DNA from: Candidatus Altimarinota bacterium
GTDB lineage: Bacteria; Patescibacteriota; Gracilibacteria; UBA1369
Assembly (NCBI GenBank): GCA_041659405.1
Contig: JBAZYK010000010.1
Location: 30,001-62,000 of the forward strand
Length of the DNA: 32,000 nt
Reading direction: 5' to 3'
This document shows, one piece after another, positions 18,380-26,459 of the stretch. Each line of letters starts with the position of its first letter. Positions within the stretch are counted from its first letter, which is position 1. A model generated the notes under the pieces. The model did not search any database and was not told where the DNA came from. It saw nothing but the letters and a program-made list of their open reading frames with translations. The position numbers and the translations under genes are program-made.

Positions 18380-18448
18380 CTCATTTTAGACTAAAGTGGC
18401 TTTGGACTCAACTGTACTCATGTTGACTCTTAGATTGCCCAATAAATT

Positions 18449-19027
18449 TCATTTTTCGGATTCCTGGATATTTTTTAGGCGATTGGTTGCCTTCCAACTT
18501 TGAAGAAGTTTGGTGACGGATTTTGGCACAAGCTGTTCCCATTTTTGAGCGTTGGCTGAAGGGTCGTTTTTTGAATTGGATTTTGAGCCGGAGAGTGCGG
18601 ATTTGAGCATTTCTTCACGCACAATTGTGCTGGAAATTTTGAGATGTTTTTTAATGTCGATGATTTGATATGGCTTTTTAAGCTGTAGATTGGCGTTTTC
18701 AAAAAGTTCCTTAACCACATCGGAACCGGTGTAGATTTTTTGGAATGGTGGTAAATAAAGTTGAACATGCGCAACCCAAAGTGCGTAATTATCAATATTT
18801 GGAATTGTAACAATGTTGTATTTGGAGCGGGGGATTTTGGCTTCTTCAAGAGCAGCTTCCAACATTTGAAAACGTTCGCCGGCTGTGAATGGATTGTTTG
18901 GACGAAAATTATTTTGAGTGCTGCCGATGGCGATGTAAAGAAAATCGCTTTCTTTGAGCGCTTGTTTTATGGCATCTATATGACCTAAATGAACTGGTTG
19001 AAAGCGGCCGATGAAGAGTGATTTCAT
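18449..19027 (-). CDS. Nicotinamide-nucleotide adenylyltransferase, archaeal/NadM-like
   Basis: MKSLFIGRFQPVHLGHIDAIKQAL (GRFQPxHxGH), ISSTIVREEM; adjacent to nadE. Confidence 0.87.
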   Translation of the reverse strand: MKSLFIGRFQPVHLGHIDAIKQALKESDFLYIAIGSTQNNFRPNNPFTAGERFQMLEAALEEAKIPRSKYNIVTIPNIDNYALWVAHVQLYLPPFQKIYTGSDVVKELFENANLQLKKPYQIIDIKKHLKISSTIVREEMLKSALSGSKSNSKNDPSANAQKWEQLVPKSVTKLLQSWKATNRLKNIQESEK

Positions 19028-19038
19028 TTTAATTAGTT

Positions 19039-19854
19039 TTACAGAAGTGACGTTTGATTTTCCGGTACCTCTTCAAATTTTTGGGTTTCTCCTTTTCCAA
19101 TTTTAATGATCGGTGGCATTTCCGATTTGTGTTTGTTGGCTTTAACTCGGCGAATAACGGAATGGACGAGCAGGGGATTCATGCCTTTTTGAATCAGGTC
19201 TTCTTCACTGAAATTTGCTTTTTCCAGATCGATTTTTTTAAGAATTGGATCGAGTTCGCTGTATTTTGCGCCAAGTTCCACTTCATCGGTTTGGCCGGAA
19301 AAAAGTTCGGCAGTTGGTGCTTTTTCAATGATTTCTTTAGGCAATCCCACAAAATCGGCAAGGGCAAAAACTTCTTCTTTTAAAAGATCACCAATAACTT
19401 CCAAATCGGCAGCCAGATCGCCATATTTTGTGCCGTAGCCAAGTAAAATTTCGCTTTTATTGGAGGTTCCAAGTACTAAAGCTTCGGTAGTATTGGCGTA
19501 GTTGTAGAGCAAAACGGCGCGGATGCGGGCTTTGGTGTTTTGTTGGGCCAGTTTGCTTGGCTTCCATGGTAATCGCGCAAAATCGATCAAAAATGGATTG
19601 ATTGGTTGCGAGAAAAACGTTACTTCAAGCGCTTCACATAATTTGTACGCGTGTTCAATGTTGATTTGTGCGGAAACGCCAAGTTCGGGCATGGAAAGAG
19701 CGGTGACTTTTTCCGGTCCAAGCGCGTCTACGGCAAGCTTTAAGGTAAGCGCGGAATCGATCCCTCCACTTATACCAATTACAACGTGTGAAAGGCCGGT
19801 TTTAGCGAAATATTCCTGAATTCCTTTGATGAGTTGTTGATAAATTTGTTCCAT
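19039..19854 (-). CDS. nadE: NH3-dependent NAD+ synthetase
   Basis: VVIGISGGIDSALTLKLA (SGGxDS P-loop), LVLGTSNKSEILLGYGTKYGDLAADLEVIGDLLKEEVFALA, GQTDEVELG. Confidence 0.95.
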   Translation of the reverse strand: MEQIYQQLIKGIQEYFAKTGLSHVVIGISGGIDSALTLKLAVDALGPEKVTALSMPELGVSAQINIEHAYKLCEALEVTFFSQPINPFLIDFARLPWKPSKLAQQNTKARIRAVLLYNYANTTEALVLGTSNKSEILLGYGTKYGDLAADLEVIGDLLKEEVFALADFVGLPKEIIEKAPTAELFSGQTDEVELGAKYSELDPILKKIDLEKANFSEEDLIQKGMNPLLVHSVIRRVKANKHKSEMPPIIKIGKGETQKFEEVPENQTSLL

Positions 19855-19897
19855 GAAATCGAGTCGTTACTGGATATTTTCTTCGGGAATGCTAACC

Positions 19898-20245
19898 TTA
19901 TGAAAGTGCTTTTTTGATGGTGAATGCGCAAATAACTATTCCGGCAAGAATAAAAAGTGCAGGAACTACGAATACAACCCAATAAGTGGAAATATTGTCG
20001 GCTGTAAGGGTTGCCGGTTTTTTATTGTAACTGATTTCGACTTTACCTTCTTTGATGAGTGGCCCCAAAATTGCGTAGGCCATAATTATTCCAAAAACCA
20101 GGAAGGCAAGCCCCAAAAGCATTGGCAGAATAACGCTGACGGCAAAAGAGTAGATTTTATCGATGCTGTCTAAAGCTGATCCGGATTTGTCTTTTAAAGA
20201 CTCTAGGGCATTTTTGGTGGAAGAAGGGAGGTCGTTTTTATCCAT
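19898..20245 (-). CDS. Hypothetical small protein with two predicted TM helices
   Basis: IYSFAVSVILPMLLGLAFLVFGIIMAYAI and TYWVVFVVPALFILAGIVICAFTI; co-directional between smpB and nadE. Confidence 0.75.
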   Translation of the reverse strand: MDKNDLPSSTKNALESLKDKSGSALDSIDKIYSFAVSVILPMLLGLAFLVFGIIMAYAILGPLIKEGKVEISYNKKPATLTADNISTYWVVFVVPALFILAGIVICAFTIKKALS

Positions 20246-20265
20246 GCCGGATGGGGGTTAGTTTG

Positions 20266-20775
20266 TTAATATTTTTTTAATGCTCTACTGATTTCCAGAT
20301 TTTGGGCTTTCTTTTTTAATTCGTTGCGGCGGTCATGTTTTTTCTTGGATTGGCAGATGCCCAGCTGCATCTTAATGTGGTTGTGGCTTAAATGAAAGTC
20401 CAAGGGCACAATGGTTGTTCCCTTAGTATCCAGGTGATTTTTTAGTTTGAGGATTTCTTTGTGATGAAGCAGCAACTTTCGTTTTTGAGTTGGACTGTAG
20501 CCGAGTTGTGGAGCTTGTTTGTACGGTGAAATGTGCACATTGCGGACAAGGGCTTCCAGCGTGATTGCCGAGGGCGCGTTTTTGTTGATGTTTTTCGTGT
20601 TTTTATGATGTGCTGTAACTTCAACAAAACTGCCTTTTAAATTGGCATGACTGGCGCGAACGGATTTAACTTCCGCACCGGACAAAACAATTCCGGCCTC
20701 GAATTTTTCAAGAATTTCATATTCGGCAAAGGCCTTTTTGTTCTGCGCTAAAATTGAGTTTTTACCTTTTTCCAT
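20266..20775 (-). CDS. smpB: SsrA-binding protein
   Basis: NKKAFAEYEILEKFEAGIVLSGAEVKSVRASHANLKGSF, VRNVHISPYKQ, RKLLLHHKEILKL. Confidence 0.96.
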   Translation of the reverse strand: MEKGKNSILAQNKKAFAEYEILEKFEAGIVLSGAEVKSVRASHANLKGSFVEVTAHHKNTKNINKNAPSAITLEALVRNVHISPYKQAPQLGYSPTQKRKLLLHHKEILKLKNHLDTKGTTIVPLDFHLSHNHIKMQLGICQSKKKHDRRNELKKKAQNLEISRALKKY

Positions 20776-20834
20776 TAGGGTTTTTTATGCTTTGAGCGTG
20801 GGTATTATAGTGGAGATGGTTTTTAGAGGATAGT

Positions 20835-20863
20835 TTGACATATCTTGATTTTTATTATATTAC
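20835..20863 (+). promoter_or_regulatory. Candidate promoter TTGACA-17bp-TATTAC
   Basis: Perfect -35 TTGACA at 20835-20840 and TATTAC at 20858-20863. Confidence 0.5.
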
Positions 20864-21008
20864 GGTGTCCCTTAATGAAAGATGGGCAAAACCCACGATT
20901 ATTTGTGGTGGATTGGGAGGAGGGCGAAATGGATGGTAATAAAGTTTAGAAATTTTTTATGTTTTTGTAATCTCGTTGCGGTACATTAATCAAAAATAAT
21001 GTACCAAT

Positions 21009-21302
21009 ATGATTTTAATTTCGATTGATGACGCGAAGAAGAGTATTGAAGGATACGACCCAAATAAGGCCGAGGTATTTCATAATTTTTATCGAACGCA
21101 TGCTGGTTCAAGAAAAATTTTACTATATGTCGCTGAAAATTTTCCAAACATTGAAATTTTGTTATATGAAAGTTCGTATAACAAAGTTCAAGAACTGATT
21201 TATAAAAAGCTCAAATTTGGTTTAAAGGGAAACCAAATTGAGTTTTTGAGAAAAAATCAATATACTGAAAATGAAGTATTAAATTTAGTAAAAGTTTTAT
21301 GA
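21009..21302 (+). CDS. Hypothetical protein, translationally coupled to DUF2188 gene
   Basis: 97 aa ORF whose TGA overlaps the next ATG (ATGA at 21299-21302). Confidence 0.65.
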   Translation: MILISIDDAKKSIEGYDPNKAEVFHNFYRTHAGSRKILLYVAENFPNIEILLYESSYNKVQELIYKKLKFGLKGNQIEFLRKNQYTENEVLNLVKVL

Positions 21303-21565
21303 AAAAAATCCTTTTGCCTCGAAGAGATCCTAATAATCCTCAGGTTAGAGAATATGTTGATGCTCTTAAAAGGGGTTATGCCAGTCAGCATGTATTGTTT
21401 TTTAATTCTGGTTGGGTTGTTAAAAAGCCTGGTTCTGCGAGAGCTACAAAATTTTTTTCTACCAAACGGGCAGCTGTTTCTTATGGTAAAGAGATTGCTA
21501 AAAACAAAGGTACAGGCCTCTTTATTCATTCAAAAGATGGTAGGATCCAGGAACGGTTTAACTAA
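21299..21565 (+). CDS. DUF2188-like protein
   Basis: GWVVKKPGSARATKFFSTKRAAVSYGKEIAKNKGTGLFIHSKDGRIQE matches the DUF2188 pattern (GWxVKxxGxxRAxxxxxTKxxAxxxxxxIAxNxGxxLxIHxxDGRI). Confidence 0.8.
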   Translation: MKKILLPRRDPNNPQVREYVDALKRGYASQHVLFFNSGWVVKKPGSARATKFFSTKRAAVSYGKEIAKNKGTGLFIHSKDGRIQERFN

Positions 21566-21567
21566 CT

Positions 21568-22863
21568 TTATGGCGTCAGCCTGTAGATTGTTCGTGGGAA
21601 TGGAATTGATTCGCGGACGTGTTCAAGGCCGCAGATCCAGGTGACAAGGCGTTCCAGGCCATAACCAAATCCGCTGTGTGGCACGGAGCCGAATTTGCGG
21701 AGATCCAAATACCACTGGAAGGCTTCAACCGGCAATTTGTGTTCCTGAATTTTTTTGAGGAGTTTGTCGTAATCGTCTTCACGCTGGCTTCCACCAATAA
21801 TTTCGCCATAGCCTTCCGGGGCTAGTAGATCAGCACAAAGGGCGCGAGTTGGATCTTTAGGGTCCGGTTTCATATAAAACGCTTTTACAATTGCAGGATA
21901 TTTTTCCACAAAAATTGGTTTGTCATATTTTTTAGTGAGCATGGTTTCGTCATCGGCGCCAAGGTCGTCCATATCGCCAATATCCGAGCCCATTTCACGC
22001 AGTTCTTTAATTACTTCCGCATGAGTTTTGCGAATGAAAGGTGCTTCAATTTTTTGGAGAGGTTCAATGTTGCGTTCCAAAATCTTGAGTTCGTTAGCGT
22101 TTTTTGCGAGCACGGATTTTACAATGTGGGTGATCAATTGTTCCTGAATTTCCATATTTTGTTCGTGTTCCACAAAAGCGGCTTCGGCATCCAGCATCCA
22201 GAATTCCGTTAAATGACGGCGAGTTTTGGATTTTTCAGCGCGGAAAACCGGTCCAAAATCAAAACATCTTCCAACTGAAAAAATTGCCGCTTCAATGTAT
22301 AATTGTCCGGATTGGCTTAGATAAGCCTGGCCCATGTCAAAATAATCCACGCCAAAAAGTTCGGTGGTGCCTTCGCAGGCATTTGGAGTCAGAATTGGCG
22401 CATCAATTTTAATGTAATCGTTGTTGTTCAACCATTCAAAACTGGCGTTGATAATTGTGTTGCGGATTCTTTGAATTGCCCATTGGCGGCTGGAACGAAG
22501 CCATAAATGGCGCTGGTCCATCAAAAATTCAATGCCGTGATCTTTTTTGGAAATTGGATATTCTTCTGTGACCAACTGCACGATCTCGATATTTTTTACC
22601 TGAATTTCATAAGTATCGGCCTGCTTGGGATGTTTTGTGACCATGCCGGTAATTTTCACCGAAGATTCCGCGGTGAGTTTTTCGGCTTCAGCAAGAGTTT
22701 CCGGGCTGACGCTAGAAGCTTCTACAATTCCCTGAATAATGCCGGTTCCATCACGCAATTGCAGAAAATAAATTTTTCCGCTGCCGCGTTTGTTGAACAT
22801 CCAACCTTGAATCGTGGCCTCCTGATCTACGTAATCTTTGATTTTGGAAATGGTGGTGAGCAT
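21568..22863 (-). CDS. asnS: Asparaginyl-tRNA synthetase
   Basis: VDQEATIQGWMFNKRGSGKIYFLQLRDGTG, FGPVFRAEKSKTRRHLTEFWMLDAE, GSGFGYGLERLVTWICGLEHVRESIPFPRT. Preferred start MLTTISKIKDYV at 22863 (track start 22920). Confidence 0.95.
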   Translation of the reverse strand: MLTTISKIKDYVDQEATIQGWMFNKRGSGKIYFLQLRDGTGIIQGIVEASSVSPETLAEAEKLTAESSVKITGMVTKHPKQADTYEIQVKNIEIVQLVTEEYPISKKDHGIEFLMDQRHLWLRSSRQWAIQRIRNTIINASFEWLNNNDYIKIDAPILTPNACEGTTELFGVDYFDMGQAYLSQSGQLYIEAAIFSVGRCFDFGPVFRAEKSKTRRHLTEFWMLDAEAAFVEHEQNMEIQEQLITHIVKSVLAKNANELKILERNIEPLQKIEAPFIRKTHAEVIKELREMGSDIGDMDDLGADDETMLTKKYDKPIFVEKYPAIVKAFYMKPDPKDPTRALCADLLAPEGYGEIIGGSQREDDYDKLLKKIQEHKLPVEAFQWYLDLRKFGSVPHSGFGYGLERLVTWICGLEHVRESIPFPRTIYRLTP

Positions 22864-22938
22864 GGGGTTCGTTTTAAAATAAGCCGCAAACAACATACTA
22901 AAATGTAGTTTGGCGGGCAAGGGCTGGATTGGATGAAT

Positions 22939-23700
22939 TTATAGACCGGGTTCTTCGTCCCAGCCTTTTGGAGTTACAATTTCGCCGTTGTTATAATTGT
23001 TGGAATCATCGCCCTTGGTTCCTGGGTGGCGTTGTCTTGGTGCGCGCGGTGTTTTAGTTTTAGGATTTGACGTTGCGGATGTAGCTGGAGCGGCCGTTTT
23101 GGAAGGTGCAACATTTGCGCTAGCAATTGGAGCTTGGCTTGCACTGGCGCTTGGTGTTGCTTGCTTCGTTACTGTGCCTGAATCAGTCCCGGCATCAGCG
23201 GGATTTGGAACTTTTACACTTGGAGTTGTTGCGGAAATGTCCGGTTTTGATGGAGTTTTAAATGCTTTTTGTACAACGTATAAGGTTGTCAACGCAGTGA
23301 TAGCAGCTATGGCAATAGTTGTTCTAGTCCCAAGAATAGGATTTTTAGGAATTTCGTCTGAAGCAGGCTTTTTGTCCGGGGTAGTTTCCGGTGGTCTCCA
23401 TCCTGGATGTGGAATGATTCTACGTACGGTTGGGGTAAGTGGTTTTTGCGCCAGCTTAAAAGGTGAAGTGTTTTCTGGTTGAGCTGCTTGCTCGGGTGCT
23501 TCAACGTTAACGATAACTCTGGCTATGGCTGTGTTTGTTTCTGCATCACCTGAATTAGGGACTGTTGTTGAAGCCTCTGGATTTTCCGTGCCTAAATCCG
23601 GAGTTGTTGGAGTTTGTTCAGTTTCCGGTGGTGGTGGGCTGAGCCAGCCGTCGGTAAGAGTGTCATTTTCTGAAGTGGATGGTCTTTCTCTTGTTCCCAT
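22939..23700 (-). CDS. Hypothetical single-TM protein with Pro/Thr/Ala/Ser-rich outer region
   Basis: TM TTIAIAAITALTTLYVV flanked by low-complexity regions; C-terminus NNGEIVTPKGWDEEPGL. Confidence 0.75.
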   Translation of the reverse strand: MGTRERPSTSENDTLTDGWLSPPPPETEQTPTTPDLGTENPEASTTVPNSGDAETNTAIARVIVNVEAPEQAAQPENTSPFKLAQKPLTPTVRRIIPHPGWRPPETTPDKKPASDEIPKNPILGTRTTIAIAAITALTTLYVVQKAFKTPSKPDISATTPSVKVPNPADAGTDSGTVTKQATPSASASQAPIASANVAPSKTAAPATSATSNPKTKTPRAPRQRHPGTKGDDSNNYNNGEIVTPKGWDEEPGL

Positions 23701-23723
23701 AATTATTTGATTAAAAGGTTGTC

Positions 23724-23752
23724 AATGTATCAATTTGTGGTTGTTTCATCAA
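23724..23752 (-). promoter_or_regulatory. Candidate promoter TTGATG-17bp-TACATT
   Basis: Minus strand hexamers 23 nt upstream of ATG 23700. Confidence 0.45.
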
Positions 23753-23848
23753 GCGAAACTTACTAAAGTTAGATCGGAATTGATCTGAAATGTGAATTCA
23801 AAATTGGAAGAGAAGTGCTGGAATATGAGCTATAAAGGCGGAATTTAG

Positions 23849-23877
23849 TTGACAAAGTGTAAGAATTTACGTATAAA
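23849..23877 (+). promoter_or_regulatory. sigma70-type promoter TTGACA-17bp-TATAAA
   Basis: TTGACA 23849-23854, 17 bp spacer, TATAAA 23872-23877; ATG at 23907. Confidence 0.75.
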
Positions 23878-23906
23878 TTAGTACTCAATATTTTTTGTAG
23901 AATATT

Positions 23907-25457
23907 ATGCTAAATGGTGTACCTGATTCGGATCAAAATTTGGATGGAGTTGATTCTGTTGTGGGATCTGAAAAGTCGGTGGATTTTCAAGCGTTGGCTA
24001 AATCAATTGTTTCCAAACTTGATGCTGCCGGATTGAAAAATAAAGTTGAAGAAATTTATATGGGTGCAAGTTCGGAAATTCTGCAGGATAATCCAAAAAT
24101 ATTTTTTACTTTTATGCAGAGTGTTTTTGAAGTTGCCGGTGAAGTAAGCTATTTAAGGGATGAACTTGCCAGATTTGGTAAAGAAGCTGGTGTTTTAGAC
24201 AAAAAATCGTCTAGGGATGATGATGCAACCAAATTTTTAGTTAGAGGAGTTGATAAACTTTCGAGATTGGGATTAGAGGAAGGGAATCTCCAAGGGAGCA
24301 AATCAGCCGGTATGTCGCAGCAACTTCAAGAAAAACAATTTGTTGAGGCAAAGGAAAAATTAGCCGCTTTACAAAGTGTTTTAGGTCAAGAAGGGGATTT
24401 GGAATTGGCGCAGAAATATTATTTGAGTAGAATTGTAGGATTTTTTAATCAAGTTCAATCTTTCTTGGATGAGGTGGAATTATTTAAAACAGCAGCTGAA
24501 AAGCGTTTTGCCAAAATTGACAGAGGGACTCCGGAAGGGCAGGGGATACTTGTTTCATTGACTAGTCTTAGGGGGAGAGTTGAAGAATTGATTGTGTCGG
24601 AAAAATCTTTATTGGCTTGGCTTGAAACTTTTTTGAACGTAAATAAAGGATATATTGATCCGGGGATTCGAAGCGTGATTGAAGGACTCATTGGGGTAAA
24701 AGGGCCCGGGCGTTCGCGTGTGTCATTAGTGCCTAAGGAGCCTTTATTTGGGAGGGGTGCGGTTGGTTTGACTCCGACTCCGGGAGCGGTGGCGGTTGAT
24801 TCCGAGAGTGGGCATGGGCGGTCGGCGCAAAAAAAAGCGGCTGGTGGAGGTGAAAAAGTTGGTAGTGTAACAGCTATGGTTAAGGCTAATTCCCAAAGAA
24901 TTGGAGTCTTGAAGGCTATGGCGGCTGGAACAGCTTTGGCGGTGACTGTGGCACTTGGAATCGTGGGCGCAAGAAAAATGTTTTCCGGGGATCCGGTTTC
25001 TGCTCAGGCTGCCGGGCAAAATGGGAAGAGCAATGCCAAGGTTGCCGGATCACAAAATGTTGATGCCGGAATTGGTGTTGGTGAGCTGGCAAAGGCGGTT
25101 GAATCTGCGGGGTCGTCGATTGAAACAGCAAAACCAGCAATTGAACCGATTGTTGAACCGATTGCGGCGGCTTCTGCGGAGGTCATACAAGAAATTCCGG
25201 CAAAAGATGCAGGTGCGGTTTTAATTGATGCTGGTACTGTCTTGGGAGTTGAATCTGCGGCTCAGCATAAAAATTCACCAGTGGCTTCTGCTAAAGTTCC
25301 CGGAGCGGTTTCTTCAATCCCGGTTGCTCCTTCGTCAGCTGCTTCCTCAATTCCTGCGGCCGGTGTTTCGGCTGCACCTACGGCAAAACCGGAAGACGTT
25401 CCAATCAAACCAAAGGGGGACGTGGTTAATCCTTGGGGTGAACCTGAAGAAAAATAA
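23907..25457 (+). CDS. Hypothetical protein: helical N-terminal domain, single TM, Ala/Pro-rich tail
   Basis: Long ORF; TM AMAAGTALAVTVALGIVGA; tail ends PKGDVVNPWGEPEEK. Confidence 0.8.
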   Translation: MLNGVPDSDQNLDGVDSVVGSEKSVDFQALAKSIVSKLDAAGLKNKVEEIYMGASSEILQDNPKIFFTFMQSVFEVAGEVSYLRDELARFGKEAGVLDKKSSRDDDATKFLVRGVDKLSRLGLEEGNLQGSKSAGMSQQLQEKQFVEAKEKLAALQSVLGQEGDLELAQKYYLSRIVGFFNQVQSFLDEVELFKTAAEKRFAKIDRGTPEGQGILVSLTSLRGRVEELIVSEKSLLAWLETFLNVNKGYIDPGIRSVIEGLIGVKGPGRSRVSLVPKEPLFGRGAVGLTPTPGAVAVDSESGHGRSAQKKAAGGGEKVGSVTAMVKANSQRIGVLKAMAAGTALAVTVALGIVGARKMFSGDPVSAQAAGQNGKSNAKVAGSQNVDAGIGVGELAKAVESAGSSIETAKPAIEPIVEPIAAASAEVIQEIPAKDAGAVLIDAGTVLGVESAAQHKNSPVASAKVPGAVSSIPVAPSSAASSIPAAGVSAAPTAKPEDVPIKPKGDVVNPWGEPEEK

Positions 25458-26405
25458 TTATTTTTCGGCTGATGAATCGGGCGTAATGCCTACCAAAGCA
25501 TTAATTTTTGCGTCAGTGGCGATTGCTAAGTTAGTCAACTCTTCCGTGCAGACATGATGTGCGGCAACGGCGTCTTTTAGAGCTGCGTCCGGGTCGTTTT
25601 TATCTGCCGATGCTTCCATTCCCACTTGTGTGAAAGAGTGCGCTTTTGATCCGTGAATTCCGGCGCGATGTTTCTGAATAGCTTGGTCTGGAATTTGCAG
25701 GGGGCCGCTATATTGTTGTCTTGTTTCAATAAAACGACCGATTTTGGTTCCTTCTTTTGATTTTTGTTGGCATGATTCCATTACGCTTTCCAGGTTTCTG
25801 ATTGTCGCTTCAATTTCTTCCAGATGTTTTAACAATTCTTTTATTTCAAGGACTTTTTGCAATGTTTCTTTGTTTGTACTAAGACCTTCAAAAAATAATT
25901 TTACAGTTGTTAAAGCGCCCGGCAGATGTTCGAGTTCTCTTAGTTTATCAAATAGTTCAGCATGGGTTTGGTCCGGTTGGGGTGTGTTTGCCAGTGTTCT
26001 GTTTCCGGTTTGAATAAAAGGTCCTACAGCTCTGAGCCAGTCGAATGTTAAAGATTTTATTTTTGCTTCTGCCGCGGTGATGATTTTTTGAGCTGCGGCA
26101 TCTATTGCTGCTCTTGAGTCATGACCTGCTAAGACCAAATCTGCCAATCCCGGTCTTTTTAATAGGGTTGCGCTTCCTACTTGTTCTCCGGGGCTAAACC
26201 TAATAGTTCTTTTGAATGCTGGAGGTGCCGCTCGTTCTACGGCAGCACGCGTTTCTACTCGTGGGGTTTTTATGGCAGGGGGAACTAGTTGGTCGTGTTG
26301 TTCCGGTTGTTTGTCTAATTCAATTACGAATCCTTCATTTTTGGTTACCAATCCATCATCTTCGGGTTCCGGTCGTCCATTTGCGTCAATCTTTTCTACT
26401 GACAT
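25458..26405 (-). CDS. Hypothetical helical/coiled-coil protein
   Basis: 315 aa ORF with a Glu/Lys/Leu heptad-like segment (KEIKELLKHLEEIEATIRNLESVM region); stop codon abuts that of the convergent gene. Confidence 0.75.
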   Translation of the reverse strand: MSVEKIDANGRPEPEDDGLVTKNEGFVIELDKQPEQHDQLVPPAIKTPRVETRAAVERAAPPAFKRTIRFSPGEQVGSATLLKRPGLADLVLAGHDSRAAIDAAAQKIITAAEAKIKSLTFDWLRAVGPFIQTGNRTLANTPQPDQTHAELFDKLRELEHLPGALTTVKLFFEGLSTNKETLQKVLEIKELLKHLEEIEATIRNLESVMESCQQKSKEGTKIGRFIETRQQYSGPLQIPDQAIQKHRAGIHGSKAHSFTQVGMEASADKNDPDAALKDAVAAHHVCTEELTNLAIATDAKINALVGITPDSSAEK

Positions 26406-26459
26406 AAAGAAAAATTAATTTGTAAGAGGAGGTCAATGTAGTGTTTTGACTTTGTTTCG

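Noticed and set aside
21009-21302. Possible UGA recoding (genetic code 25 as in Gracilibacteria)
   Set aside because: UGA acts as the stop of ORF 21009..21302 and read-through gives no sensible protein. The large conserved genes have no in-frame UGA, so the standard code fits.
24455-25224. Numerous overlapping ORFs around 24455..25224 on both strands
   Set aside because: GC-rich low-complexity Ala/Pro-encoding sequence in the 516-aa gene produces spurious open frames.
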